A stretch of DNA of 64,000 nt from Elainellaceae cyanobacterium (GTDB lineage: Bacteria; Cyanobacteriota; Cyanobacteriia; CAZCXK01). The stretch's first letter is position 1; each line of letters opens with the position of its first letter. Below are positions 48,748 to 59,552 of the stretch, piece after piece. Location: NCBI GenBank assembly GCA_051117335.1, contig JBNPEB010000009.1, positions 138,058 through 202,057 on the forward strand. Direction: 5' to 3'. The position numbers and the translations under genes were made by a program. Below the pieces are notes generated by a model that was given only the letters and a program-made list of their open reading frames with translations, was not told where the DNA came from and ran no database searches.

Positions 48748-50406
48748 TCATGCCGTTGGAAGCGAGACAGGCTCTAGAACCGGCAAGAGTTTGACGCCAA
48801 ACTCTGATTCAAAACACTCTTTTTTGTAGTCGAGGCTCCAGAGCTCTAAGCTACAGTCATCATTGGGCTTGATGCCATGCAAATAGAGATAGAGTTCGCG
48901 ATCGCTCTCACGATAATCACATCGTATACTTTGGATTGCGCCAATTTGCCTGCGATCAAGCGCAACGGCTAACCGCAAAAGTGCGCTCAGTTGATCAACG
49001 ATATGACGATGACTTTTGCTGCCTAAGTTGCGGTAGTTCTCATGCTTTTTCTTGGGAGCGCTCTTGCGATGGTATCGAGCTAAATTCGCAATGGTTTCAA
49101 TTTCCACCTCGGTGTAGCCCAATAATTCTCCGTTGCGGATGAGGTAGTAAGAATGCTTGTGATGAGAGGCGTGGCTGACGAAGTGTCCACAGTTGTGGAG
49201 AATGGCAGCAGCCCATAATAACCCACGTTCCTCAGTGCCCCAGTCATGCAGGTTGCCCTGAGTCTGGTCGAATAGGCTGAGGGCAAAGTCAGCTACTCGT
49301 TCACCGTGAGCAAGATTAATGTGATATTTGTGGGCGAGTTTCAAGACACTCCGCTGGCGAATCGAGCTCTGGTAACGCAAGCGGTCTTCAATTAACCCGT
49401 GGGTCAGCATCCAGTCAACAACAACCCCTTCTCGGAGCGATCGCTCACAGATCGTGATAGAGTCCAGGTTCAACAGCGTCATCGCCTCCTGAAGAATTAC
49501 GGCGCCGGCTAAAATAATTTCCGCCCGCCGTGATGACATACCCGGAACGTTGAGCCGTTCTTCAAAATCAAGCTTGCGCAACCGATTAACAATTTCTTGC
49601 AAGTCTTGGAGACTAAATTCGTAACCATTCAGCGTGCTCGGAGTTTCTCCGTACTTGTCACACGCATGAATGGCGGCTAATGCCTCAATCGTGCCGGATG
49701 TACCGACGAGTCGAGGTGTTTCTTGGGGGGATAATTGAGACTGTAATTCTTCAATGGGGCGTTCTAGCGTGCCCCGCACAAATGCCTGTAAATATTGAAA
49801 CTCGATATTGCTAATTGGGTCAGTGGTTACAAATTCGGATGTCAGCCGCACGGCGCCAACTTTAGTACTGCTGAGCGAACGGGGATCATCGCCGTCTCCA
49901 AGAATTAGCTCCGTTGAACCGCCCCCAATATCGATAATGGCATGGGGTTGATGATGAAATTCCATCCCCGACAGCACGCCTAAATAGATGCGTCGAGCCT
50001 CTTCCTCCCCAGAAATTAGATCGATCGAAAGCCCTAGCTTAACCTCAACCTCGTGGAGAAAATCTCGCCCGTTGGGGGCTTCTCGGACGGCGCTAGTTGC
50101 CACAGCGACAATGTCTTCGGCATTCATACCCCTAGCCATTTCGCGGCACCGCTTGAGGGCACCCATCGCTCGTTCCATGGCATTGGCAGTGAGCCGACCT
50201 GTTTGTTTATCGCGATCGCCCAACCGAACCGTATTTTTTTCACGGGCAATGATGGTGAACGACGGCAGATCGGGCTGAATCTTGACAACCACTAGATGAA
50301 TTGAATTCGTACCGACATCGATAGCGGCTAGGATGCGATCTTGATTGAGAGGCGATAAAGGAATATGGAGCAAATCGTCTTTGCTCTGAGGCATTGAATA
50401 AACCAT
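48748..50406 (-). CDS. Ppx/GppA-family phosphatase with C-terminal HD domain
   Basis: N-terminal AAIDVGTNSIHLVV and DIGGGSTELI (ASKHA fold); C-terminal LHNCGHFVSHASHHKHSYYL HD motif. Confidence 0.85.
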   Translation of the reverse strand: MVYSMPQSKDDLLHIPLSPLNQDRILAAIDVGTNSIHLVVVKIQPDLPSFTIIAREKNTVRLGDRDKQTGRLTANAMERAMGALKRCREMARGMNAEDIVAVATSAVREAPNGRDFLHEVEVKLGLSIDLISGEEEARRIYLGVLSGMEFHHQPHAIIDIGGGSTELILGDGDDPRSLSSTKVGAVRLTSEFVTTDPISNIEFQYLQAFVRGTLERPIEELQSQLSPQETPRLVGTSGTIEALAAIHACDKYGETPSTLNGYEFSLQDLQEIVNRLRKLDFEERLNVPGMSSRRAEIILAGAVILQEAMTLLNLDSITICERSLREGVVVDWMLTHGLIEDRLRYQSSIRQRSVLKLAHKYHINLAHGERVADFALSLFDQTQGNLHDWGTEERGLLWAAAILHNCGHFVSHASHHKHSYYLIRNGELLGYTEVEIETIANLARYHRKSAPKKKHENYRNLGSKSHRHIVDQLSALLRLAVALDRRQIGAIQSIRCDYRESDRELYLYLHGIKPNDDCSLELWSLDYKKECFESEFGVKLLPVLEPVSLPTA

Positions 50407-50724
50407 CTGACCGAGTCCAAAGGCACAAAAAAAGGGAACTGACGTTCGAATACTACGGGGGATAGTAGAACTTATCGGGATAAATTTATCCGGATTAAAC
50501 CGAGTGAATTAAATCAATAGTGAATTAAATCGATGTTGATGAATTCAACTCAATTTATTAGGATTGCCCTGATTTTATCGTGACCCGTTACAAATTCTGA
50601 TGGATTCCATATGAAAATTGCATAGTAGGGATGAATGCTTTATTCCATATTCATAAAGCACTATTCACAAACCCGCAATCTAGCAATGGGGGTATTTGCT
50701 GATTAAACTCAATCAGTGCCGACT

Positions 50725-50830
50725 TCCTAATATAGCCTTACGCTCTCGCGTTCGGACGCTGAACGTGTGGTGAGTCCCGCGCCGCGAGGGCTCACCACAC
50801 AAACCTAGACCCATGGGGCTATAAAGACGA
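50725..50830. repeat. Imperfect palindromic element, copy B
   Basis: Core gtgtggtgagtcccgcgccgcgagggctcaccacac; flanks taatatagcc ... ggctataaag; shares gtgtg(g)tgag ... ctcac(c)acac(a)aacc with copy A. Confidence 0.5.
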
Positions 50831-50885
50831 TACTCTTAAAGTTGAGCTCATCCGGTCATTTACCAGCAATCCGACTATTTAGACC

Positions 50886-51791
50886 ATGCTGACGCATTCT
50901 CAATCTGAATCAACGCGGCGTGCCATTGTAAAGCTTTTGCGCTGGCATAAGCCAGCTGGACGACTCATTTTGATGGTGCCCGCCCTCTGGGCGTTATTTC
51001 TTGGTGCGCACAGTGTCAACCCGGGTGAGTTGCCCCCCTTGCCACTCGTGTTGGTCATTATTTTAGGCAGTTTAGCCACAAGCGCAGCAGGGTGTGTGAT
51101 CAACGATCTCTGGGATCGAGATATCGATCCAAATGTAGAACGAACGCGCGATCGCCCCCTTGCCTCTCGCCGTCTGACAGTCAGAACGGGAATTGCCGTT
51201 TTAATGGTTGCCTCTGCCTGCGCGGCGGGGTTGGCGTTTTATCTGCTATCGACTTCAAATGCGCTGACGTTTTGGCTATGCGTTGCAGCAGTGCCAATCA
51301 TCGTGCTATATCCGCTTGCAAAACGAGTCTTTCCGATACCGCAGCTCGTATTATCGATTGCCTGGGGGTTTACCGTACTCATTAGCTGGACAGCCGTTAC
51401 GCAGAGCCTCAACTTCCCAGTTTGGTTGCTCTGGGGAGCGACCGTCTCGTGGACACTCGGATTTGACACGGTATATGCCATGTCCGATCGAGAGGACGAT
51501 CGGAAGCTCGGCGTAAATTCCAGCGCCCTCTTTTTTGGAGACAATGCCTCCGAAGCTGTTGGAGCCTTTTTTGCTGGGACAGCATTTTTGCTAGCCAGCA
51601 TCGGGGTTGCCCTCAGCCTCAACGCTTGGTTTTGGGTGTCATGGCTGGTGGCGATCGCCGGTTGGGTATGGCATTATGCTGAGCTGCGCCCGCGTCATCC
51701 TCATTCATCAGTCTATGGACGAGTATTTAGGCAGAACGTGTGGATCGGGTTCATTCTCCTACTCGGAATGATGTTAGGGGTTGTGATGTGA
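50886..51791 (+). CDS. ubiA: UbiA-family 4-hydroxybenzoate polyprenyltransferase (plastoquinone/ubiquinone pathway type)
   Basis: First Asp-rich motif NDLWDRDID; polytopic membrane protein. Confidence 0.85.
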   Translation: MLTHSQSESTRRAIVKLLRWHKPAGRLILMVPALWALFLGAHSVNPGELPPLPLVLVIILGSLATSAAGCVINDLWDRDIDPNVERTRDRPLASRRLTVRTGIAVLMVASACAAGLAFYLLSTSNALTFWLCVAAVPIIVLYPLAKRVFPIPQLVLSIAWGFTVLISWTAVTQSLNFPVWLLWGATVSWTLGFDTVYAMSDREDDRKLGVNSSALFFGDNASEAVGAFFAGTAFLLASIGVALSLNAWFWVSWLVAIAGWVWHYAELRPRHPHSSVYGRVFRQNVWIGFILLLGMMLGVVM

Positions 51792-53756
51792 ATGGCACGC
51801 ACCATTTTTATGCGCCGACGGAGGCACGTCGAGAGCAGGATTTTGGTTAAAGAAACCGACGGGTTTGAGCACAAAGCCCGCATACGAAACAGGCATGACG
51901 GGCCAGTCCTCAGGACGCGGAATATGATGCTGCCCAAAGGTATACCACAGTACAACATCCGTGTTTTCAATGGAGCGGTTGGCTTGGGTCCATTTGGGTA
52001 GCCCGTCTCCCCCCGGGTGCTGATTGGGATAGTCACCGGCCGGATATTTTTCATCCGAGCTGTATGGAGTTGCCCAAACGTTTTTGGTGATGAAGGTTGC
52101 TCGCTTCGTAACGCTGGCTTCGGGATGGGCAAACGAGAGGACGGTATCTCCGGGAATGAGCTTATACCCCACCGGATTTCCGACGCTGTTAAGTTTTGAC
52201 GGGTTCATGACCTTCCAATAGCGTCCCTTAAATGGGTCAATGGTGCGTTGAGCCTCTTGCTCAGTCGCTAGCAGCGTTGATTTAGCGACACACGCATTGC
52301 CGTGAGGATTTTCAGGCCCTAGAGGCAGCGGTTCAGTATTGACTTCATAAACAGAGTTGGTTTGCCCGTCAACGGCCATATCCATCCGCACGTTAAAGAA
52401 GTGTTGATGGATATGCCCCACTAATTGAGGCGCTAATAATTCGCCATGCTGAGGCGTTTCACCCGGGGCGATCGCCGATGTGTTGACAATTCCCGTGAGT
52501 TTAACTTCAAACTGAATCGTACCGTCTTGATAGAAATACCAGTAAAACCCGTATTCATAATTGCCTACGGTAGCGATAAACGAGACCACCAGTCGCCGCG
52601 ATCGCCTGACCTCTGTATGCTCAGTCCGCCAATCCATATGCTTCCAAAGAATGCCAAAGTCTTCTTCATGCATACAAATAGCGTTTTCAATGGTGGCAAC
52701 CTCTCCCTGGCTGTTGGACAAGAAGGCGTCAAAATACCGAATCTCACCCAAACAATCACAGCCCAGTTTTAACGAATTTGCCAACATGCCGATGCCATAC
52801 TCACCGACATCGAAGGCATTTTTTCGGTAGTGATTTGAGTCGGGCACCCCCGGATCGTTGTATGGCACGACCATTTCTGCCAGCGACGCCCGATAGATAA
52901 TAGAGCGAATGCGCCCTTGGTCTTCATAGCCGATGTCATAGAGCACCAGCCCCTCACGAGGCGTGAATCCAATGCGGAAATGCCATTTTTGCCAATAGAC
53001 CTTGTAGCCGTCAACTTGAAAACTCGGACCCTCTGGCTGAATGATATCTAGGGGCTTTAAATCAGTGCGAAATTGCGGAATGTAGTCGCTGGCATAGTTT
53101 CCTGGCTCAGGGGGTAACGGGACAATGCCATAGTCTTCAACCTTAATAACGGTCATAGTATTGAGGTCAACCACAGGCACGACGCCTTCGATGGGTCGGG
53201 CGTAGCCGTTATCATTGGGTTCTGACCGAATCCAGCAAAATGCCCGTGAGAGCCTTAGTCCCTTTTCGCTGTCGATACCAAAGTTACCGGCTGACCACGG
53301 GTCAACCATAACCAAATCAACGTCGGTAATGCCGCGCTTTTTTAAAGCCTGTTGAAAGTCAGGATTCGCTTTAACGGCTGCTTCGCATTCTAAAAATTCA
53401 TCGAGCATGATTGACGGCTGCACGTCTGGAATATGAGTCCAAGACACGATGCGCTGTTCGGTGATAGAGGCGATCGCCTCGTATGTGTTTCCTGTAGCGT
53501 TATCGAGCAAGATAACAAACGCTTCTCGATTAATGGAATCACCTGGCTTAAACGAGCGAATCACCGATTTAGGAGGTTCATTTAGAACCACAGTGGCAAA
53601 CCGAACGCGATCGCCAAACTGGGGATGAGTTGTCACGATTGCAACAGTTGCCGCAATTTCCTCGGGTGAAAGTGGATCAAGCGGATGCTGCCCTGTGATC
53701 GTTTGACTCAAATGGTTGGGTAGCGGCGTGGTCGTCATGGTTGTTCTCTCAATCAA
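51774..53756 (-). CDS. Copper-containing primary amine oxidase (TPQ cofactor)
   Basis: TPQ consensus region TVGNYEYGFYWYFYQDGTI; Cu-ligand His motifs; 660 aa. Confidence 0.9.
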   Translation of the reverse strand: MIERTTMTTTPLPNHLSQTITGQHPLDPLSPEEIAATVAIVTTHPQFGDRVRFATVVLNEPPKSVIRSFKPGDSINREAFVILLDNATGNTYEAIASITEQRIVSWTHIPDVQPSIMLDEFLECEAAVKANPDFQQALKKRGITDVDLVMVDPWSAGNFGIDSEKGLRLSRAFCWIRSEPNDNGYARPIEGVVPVVDLNTMTVIKVEDYGIVPLPPEPGNYASDYIPQFRTDLKPLDIIQPEGPSFQVDGYKVYWQKWHFRIGFTPREGLVLYDIGYEDQGRIRSIIYRASLAEMVVPYNDPGVPDSNHYRKNAFDVGEYGIGMLANSLKLGCDCLGEIRYFDAFLSNSQGEVATIENAICMHEEDFGILWKHMDWRTEHTEVRRSRRLVVSFIATVGNYEYGFYWYFYQDGTIQFEVKLTGIVNTSAIAPGETPQHGELLAPQLVGHIHQHFFNVRMDMAVDGQTNSVYEVNTEPLPLGPENPHGNACVAKSTLLATEQEAQRTIDPFKGRYWKVMNPSKLNSVGNPVGYKLIPGDTVLSFAHPEASVTKRATFITKNVWATPYSSDEKYPAGDYPNQHPGGDGLPKWTQANRSIENTDVVLWYTFGQHHIPRPEDWPVMPVSYAGFVLKPVGFFNQNPALDVPPSAHKNGACHSHHNP

Positions 53757-53864
53757 TAACGAAGGCTATCAACAAACCGCAGCGCGCGATGGCATGACTG
53801 CATGACTCTGACTACGCTAATGTGCTTATTGCCCATTGTTTGTGTGACACGCTACCAACCCCCC

Positions 53865-53905
53865 CTCCAAACACAAAGAAACCCGATGTGGCTAAACATC
53901 GGGTA
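53865..53905 (-). terminator. Putative intrinsic terminator downstream of aroH
   Basis: Minus-strand hairpin cccgatgtttagccacatcggg followed by tttctttgtgttt. Confidence 0.4.
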
Positions 53906-54111
53906 AGCTGCTCTATTCGTCTTTGCTCACTAGTGTTCCCTTAGCCTGAGTTTAAATTTATAGCGTTAGCCAGATTGCTTAGGATATGACTCCTGATTCA
54001 GATCCAACGCTGGAGAAGCTATCTGGCATGCAACCGCACAAAGAACAGTGGCGATTGCCATAACATGCGGGCTGAGGTTGCCTGATGCGATAGGCTGCGA
54101 TAGGCACAGGA

Positions 54112-54504
54112 TTAACTTCCAAGCCCGACTTCGGTTTTGCTCAAATCAGGACGAAGCTCTTTAGCTTGCCGCAGATAGGAGTGATGAACCGATGCTAACG
54201 GTTCAGGCACATTAACATGAATCAACACGCGGATGCAGCGCTCCAGACTGCCTTCTACATGCATCTGTTGGACATCGAGCAGAGGCACATGTTGCCAGTG
54301 GGGACGTTCGCGGGCGATCGCCGCTGGAAATACCGCATCTAGATCTCGCGTCACAGAGAAAGTGGCGCTAATTACGTGGTCTGGATTGAGATGGTTCAGA
54401 TGTTCGAGCGCATCAAGCAACTCTGATACAGCGTCTCGGATTGCTTCGATCGAATTTTCTGAGGCAGTTGTTGCACCCCGAATTGCCCGAACTCTCCACT
54501 CCAC
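54112..54504 (-). CDS. aroH: Chorismate mutase, AroH class (monofunctional)
   Basis: VRAIRGATTASENSIEAI ... VISATFSVTRDLDAVFPA ... IRVLIHVNV matches the AroH pattern; GTG at 54504 with GGAGG RBS (the longest ORF extends to TTG 54528). Confidence 0.8.
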   Translation of the reverse strand: MEWRVRAIRGATTASENSIEAIRDAVSELLDALEHLNHLNPDHVISATFSVTRDLDAVFPAAIARERPHWQHVPLLDVQQMHVEGSLERCIRVLIHVNVPEPLASVHHSYLRQAKELRPDLSKTEVGLGS

Positions 54505-54800
54505 GCCAAATTCCTCCAATAAAAGCAACGAGCTGTTCGCCGTTGATGACAGCCAAATCGCCCTCCACTCATTCCTTCACTCATTATGGATTCGCAGCAG
54601 GGTCGACGACCGATTAACAACAAGCGCCTGTGTCTATTAAACCCTACTTAGAAATTGTTACCAGAGGGTCAACAGCGCGTCTTCATAGACATATCCATTG
54701 GGAGTATCCCGAATGGGGCATTTACAGGACTTACGCAAATTCCCATTCTTGAACCTAGATTTAGCTTAGGGTGGGCACTGCCAGCCTACTGATACTTCAC

Positions 54801-54884
54801 TGCGTTCACAATTGCTAGAAATGCGTTCACATTTATTCGAAATGCGTTCGCAATGGCTAGAAATGCGTTCACAATTGCGAGAGC
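54801..54884. repeat. Four contiguous 21-bp tandem repeats (consensus TGCGTTCACAATTGCTAGAAA)
   Basis: Units at 54801-54821, 54822-54842, 54843-54863 and 54864-54884; ~300 bp upstream of aroH on the minus strand. Confidence 0.7.
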
Positions 54885-54961
54885 GTTTAGGTTTTCGTGT
54901 AATACCAATTCTTCGAAGTAAGGCTACAAATGAACAGGCTAGAACCCTTGCAAGGCTGGTG

Positions 54962-54990
54962 GCCGTCAATCCAAAATCGCAAATCTAAAA
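54962..54990. repeat. Heptamer-type short tandem repeat related to 10496-10530
   Basis: aatccaaaatcgcaaatctaaaatcgag. Confidence 0.4.
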
Positions 54991-55201
54991 TCGAGAATTG
55001 GTATAAGTGCGACCGAGGACGGTCGCGTATTCCTTAACGGTAGGGTCGCCGAGACGTTATGCTCCGCATTGCCAGGGCAAACGCACTTGATTAAACAAAA
55101 TTCGAAACACTCTCCAATGAAGGTTATTTTTTAACAACCCCTTAGTGGCAATCAGGCGATTCAAATAATGTCAGAGCACGCACGCATCAGGATACGAGAC
55201 A

Positions 55202-56020
55202 TTAGGGACGATAGAGCCAAAGCGGCAACCCACTTGTCAAAAGCTCGAATTCGAGCCAATCTGCGCCCGTTGACAGGCTGGATGACACCCGATTACCCGG
55301 CAAAAGCCGACTCAAAAATCGCTTAGGCTCCTCGATAGTAAAGCATTCAGCTTTTTCTGGATCAAGCCCTGCTAATTCTGCTGCCCAGCGACGAGCATCT
55401 TCTTCGGTGCCGAGGCGATCGACCACTCCATGCTCCAAGGCTTGCTGTCCAGTAAAAATTCGCCCATCCGCAAAACTCTTAACCGTATCAACAGCTAGAT
55501 TCCTAGCGTCAGCCACTGTTTGCACGAATTGGTCATAACTCGTGTCAATCAGTTCTTGAAGAATGCTTTGCTCAGGCTCGGTTAGCTCTCGATCAAATGC
55601 CAGAATATCTTTATAAGGTCCTGACTTGACCACTTTGAATGAAATGCCAATTTTATCGAGCAGTCGTTCAAGATTATTGCCGCGCAAGATGACACCGATA
55701 CTGCCGGTGATAGTTCCAGGATTCGCCACAATGTGCTGGGCTCCCATGCCAATGTAAACGCCTCCTGAGGCAGAAATATTGCCGAAGCTGGCAACAATCT
55801 TGACTTTTTCTCGAAGACGCTTTAAGGCGCTATATATCTCTTGGGAATCGCCCACCGTTCCACCAGGGCTATCAATCCGCAGCAAAAGAGCCGGAAATTT
55901 TCGGTCTTCGACTGTATTTAATGCGTCTAACACTCGCCGACGAGTCGATCCGGTGATCGCTCCGCTAATCTCAATTCGTGCAATTTGTTTCCGAAAGGGT
56001 GGCTTAAAGGGCCAAATCAT
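55202..56020 (-). CDS. sppA: Signal peptide peptidase SppA (S49 family, 36K type)
   Basis: ALLLRIDSPGGTVGDSQEI and catalytic-region GNISASGGVYIG motifs. Confidence 0.85.
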   Translation of the reverse strand: MIWPFKPPFRKQIARIEISGAITGSTRRRVLDALNTVEDRKFPALLLRIDSPGGTVGDSQEIYSALKRLREKVKIVASFGNISASGGVYIGMGAQHIVANPGTITGSIGVILRGNNLERLLDKIGISFKVVKSGPYKDILAFDRELTEPEQSILQELIDTSYDQFVQTVADARNLAVDTVKSFADGRIFTGQQALEHGVVDRLGTEEDARRWAAELAGLDPEKAECFTIEEPKRFLSRLLPGNRVSSSLSTGADWLEFELLTSGLPLWLYRP

Positions 56021-56330
56021 AAGTAGCTAACAACGTGAATAATTCTAAGTTTGCGATTCTAAGTTTGCGATCGCCACTGCTAATCCAGTGTGTCTCATTT
56101 ATAGCGTTCATAGAGATTCATCCCGGAAGGCTAGACTGTGGTGATATCCGAACGAACAGTTTATGCCGAAATCTATACCAACTTGAATAAAAACCCTCAA
56201 AGGAGTGATCGATCGCACAGATAACGCTTGTAAAGAGCGACACACTAGAACTTAAAATCTTAACATAATGAAATATAGGGCCATAATTAAATAGCAGGTT
56301 TAAAGAATTTCATTCTGAATATTCATATTC

Positions 56331-57371
56331 ATGCAGTTTAAGCTTACTAATTCCAAAATCCCGTTTGCCTCTCTGCTGCTCATTGCGCCTTTTTTCTTGT
56401 GGGGAACCGCAATGGTAGCAATGAAAGGCACTATCTCTCATACGACTCCACTCTTTATGGCAGGAGTACGCACGCTGCCAGCCGGAGTCTTGGTGATAGG
56501 AGGCGCAGCTTGGCTGGGGCGATCGCAGCCGAGAGGCTGGGCAGCTTGGCTCTGGATCGGGGGATTTGCCCTGATTGATGCGGTGATGTTTCAGGGATTT
56601 TTGGCAGAAGGGTTGGTAAAAACAGGTGCAGGGCTAGGGTCAGTGATGATTGACTCTCAGCCAATCGCGGTCGCTCTGATGGCTCGTTTTTTGTTTGCTG
56701 AATGGGTTGGTTTGTGGGGCTGGCTCGGCTTGACGCTGGGTATTGCCGGAATTAGTTTGTTAGGATTGCCTGACGACTGGATTGTTAGCCTAATCCGGGG
56801 TGATATTAGCTTCTTGACGTGGCAGTTTGGCAGTGATGTGGTCGAGGCTCTATTCCAGAATGGCGAGTGGCTGATGCTGCTAGCCGCCCTATCGATGGCT
56901 GCTGGAACCGTCATGATTCGGTATGTGATTCGCTTTGCTGATCCGATCATGGCAACTGGCTGGCATATGCTTATTGGAGGTGCCGTGCTGTTTGCGCTCT
57001 CAGCACAGTGGGAATCTCATCAATGGACATATTTAACCGTGTCAGACGGATTGGCACTGAGCTATGCAACGATTTTTGGAAGCGCGATCGCCTACGGATT
57101 GTTTTTCTACTTCGCATCGACCGGAAGCTTAACGAGCATCAGTTCATTAACATTTCTCACTCCCGTGTTTGCACTGCTTTTCGGCAATCTGTTTTTGGGT
57201 GAAACCTTGAGCTTCATCCAATGGATCGGGGTTTTGTTGACTTTAATTAGTATTTATTTAATTAATCAGCGAGATGCGTTATCGGCAAGGATTGGAGGGC
57301 GTCAGACAGAATGGATAGAACCTGATGATTCTCCTGCGTCTGTCGACGACGAAGCAGGCGTTTCGCTATAG
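56331..57371 (+). CDS. DMT-superfamily (EamA-like) transporter
   Basis: Ten hydrophobic helices in two EamA-like halves. Confidence 0.75.
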   Translation: MQFKLTNSKIPFASLLLIAPFFLWGTAMVAMKGTISHTTPLFMAGVRTLPAGVLVIGGAAWLGRSQPRGWAAWLWIGGFALIDAVMFQGFLAEGLVKTGAGLGSVMIDSQPIAVALMARFLFAEWVGLWGWLGLTLGIAGISLLGLPDDWIVSLIRGDISFLTWQFGSDVVEALFQNGEWLMLLAALSMAAGTVMIRYVIRFADPIMATGWHMLIGGAVLFALSAQWESHQWTYLTVSDGLALSYATIFGSAIAYGLFFYFASTGSLTSISSLTFLTPVFALLFGNLFLGETLSFIQWIGVLLTLISIYLINQRDALSARIGGRQTEWIEPDDSPASVDDEAGVSL

Positions 57372-57777
57372 TTCAGGTTCTCGCGCGATCGCTTAGGCGC
57401 AGAGCGTTGCGTCGTAGAGGCTGAATCGCGATTATTCTAGATCGTCCCGCTCTCAAACAGGGTGTAAGTAATGCGTTGCGCTATTGACAAACTCGCAAGG
57501 TTTGCACACGGTCTTGTAGAGTGTAGATGAGAAACCTTGACTCGCATCTCAATAGCGATCTAAATCGGAAATGATCTAGGTCGTTTCCGATCAAATCAAT
57601 CTAAAACAGGTTAAAAAAGAGCCAACAGGTTGTGTTTATCGTAAAACCGAATTTCAGCCAGCGATATAGTCAAGAGTCATAGTTAGGAACTTTACGAGCA
57701 ACGTTGGCGGCTCGTGCATAAATCAGGATGCATCTCAACTCAAAGTTCACGATGTTGACGCTTGGTCGTCGTCTTCA

Positions 57778-59439
57778 ATGTCCAATTGCTCATCTTTGCT
57801 GCTATTTGCTTGTCTGAGCTATTTTGGTGTTTCCCCGGGTTTAGCCATCGGCGTTTCTGATAGCAGGGGCGTCGAATGGAAACAGCGTCAGTTTACTGTG
57901 GCTACGGTCAGTCTGACACCAGAATCTGATTCGCTTGCGACGGAAGGTTTAAGTCTGAGTACTCAGCCATATCGACTCGCTCAAGCCTCCCCCTCCTCTG
58001 CTAATTCTCCAGATCCAGTATTGAGATTGGGCGTTTATGGCAGAGACGTTGCTGAAGCTCAGACTCTTCTCACCGAATTAGGATACTATAGCGAAAATAT
58101 AGACGGAATCTACGGCGAACAAACCAAGATTGCTGTGTCTGAGTTTCAAAGCGATGCTGGCTTGCCGTCAGATGGTCAAGTTGACCAGCAAACTTGGCAA
58201 CAGTTGCTAATGGCTCGCAATCAGGCGCAGCCTGCTTCATCGGGGGGGACAGAGTCTGTATCGGTACCAGAGTCATCAGCCTCAACTAGGGTTGAGGACG
58301 GGCAAAACTCCGAAGAGAATAATGCCAACGGAACGGAGATTGCTTCTGAAGAAATTTCTGAAGACATCGAAGCTAACGCATCCGCTAATCCCGAAGAAGA
58401 AAATACAGTCGACGTTAATCCCAATACGGATACTAATCCAGCAAATGCCTCCCAGCGTTCTGGAGAAACTTCTTCAACAGGAGAGGGATCAGCAACTCCG
58501 TCTTCAAATTCATCATCTCAACTCTCCTGGCTACAGTGGCCGTTGCTGCTGATTGTCATCGGTATTGCAAGTGTTGGGCTTTATCAGGCAGGGCGTTGGC
58601 GCGGAAAGCGAGAAAAGCGGCAAGGGGGGCTGTTTGGCGGGCGATCGCCCGTACGGCACTCGTTGGCTCACACAGCGTCTGCAAAATCTGAAGCAGAATC
58701 TACGAACTTGCAGTCAGAAACCACACCTCACGAATCATCAAAAGAATTATTAAATGGCGTCACCGCTTCATCACCTCATCAATCTGAGAATAGAGAATCT
58801 GGGAATAGAGAAGATGATTATCCGTCAGATCCAGTTCCGTCTAGCGATACATCCATCGTTGAGAGTCACAATGGTGTGGGTGAGGTTGCGAAATCACCCC
58901 CTGCGATGGATGACATTCCGATAGAAGCAACAACGCGGCTAGCCAAAGTCAATATCGTCCAAGAATTAGTCAACGACTTGCACACTCCCGATCCAAGCAA
59001 ACGGCGCAAAGCAATTTGGGAACTAGGGCAACGAGGTTCGTCAGAAGCCATCCAGCCGTTATCTGACTTACTCATTGATTCTGACTCTAGCCAGCGTAGT
59101 TTGATCTTGGCTGCTATGTCAGAAATTGGGATGCGATCGCTCAAACCATTGAACCGAGCACTCATTATCTCAATGCAAGACGAAAATCCTGACGTTCGTA
59201 AGAACGCTATTCGGGATATCACTCGCGTCTGTGATTTGGTTGCTCAAATCAGCCAGGTTTTACACCACGCTGCGTATGACGAGGATCAAGAAGTCCAAGA
59301 GACAGCTCAATGGGCGCTGAAGCAAGTTGACCGCATTCGAGGAAGCTCTGATTTAGATCACCTTCCCCCATCTGATGTAGCTCAATCGGCCTCTGAACGC
59401 CTACCGAGTGCATCATCAGATCCTCCTGAAACACAATAG
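57778..59439 (+). CDS. Peptidoglycan-binding domain protein with acidic low-complexity linker, TM segment and C-terminal HEAT/PBS-lyase-like repeats
   Basis: PG_binding_1-like LRLGVYGRDVAEAQTLLTELGYY..IDGIYGEQTKIAVSEFQSDAGLPSDGQVD; HEAT-like DPSKRRKAIWELGQ ... DENPDVRKNAIRDI. Confidence 0.7.
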   Translation: MSNCSSLLLFACLSYFGVSPGLAIGVSDSRGVEWKQRQFTVATVSLTPESDSLATEGLSLSTQPYRLAQASPSSANSPDPVLRLGVYGRDVAEAQTLLTELGYYSENIDGIYGEQTKIAVSEFQSDAGLPSDGQVDQQTWQQLLMARNQAQPASSGGTESVSVPESSASTRVEDGQNSEENNANGTEIASEEISEDIEANASANPEEENTVDVNPNTDTNPANASQRSGETSSTGEGSATPSSNSSSQLSWLQWPLLLIVIGIASVGLYQAGRWRGKREKRQGGLFGGRSPVRHSLAHTASAKSEAESTNLQSETTPHESSKELLNGVTASSPHQSENRESGNREDDYPSDPVPSSDTSIVESHNGVGEVAKSPPAMDDIPIEATTRLAKVNIVQELVNDLHTPDPSKRRKAIWELGQRGSSEAIQPLSDLLIDSDSSQRSLILAAMSEIGMRSLKPLNRALIISMQDENPDVRKNAIRDITRVCDLVAQISQVLHHAAYDEDQEVQETAQWALKQVDRIRGSSDLDHLPPSDVAQSASERLPSASSDPPETQ

Positions 59440-59552
59440 GTTCACTATGCTTAAGCGTCCGAGATTGGGGCTAATCATATCCAAAGTCCATCATGATCTC
59501 AATCTTGGTCTTTAAAAAATCTGAAGCGAATCTTGAGATCTCTGGCGACTTA

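Noticed and set aside
54801-54884. CRISPR array
   Set aside because: The 21-bp units are contiguous with no spacers, and there are no cas genes; classified as a plain tandem repeat
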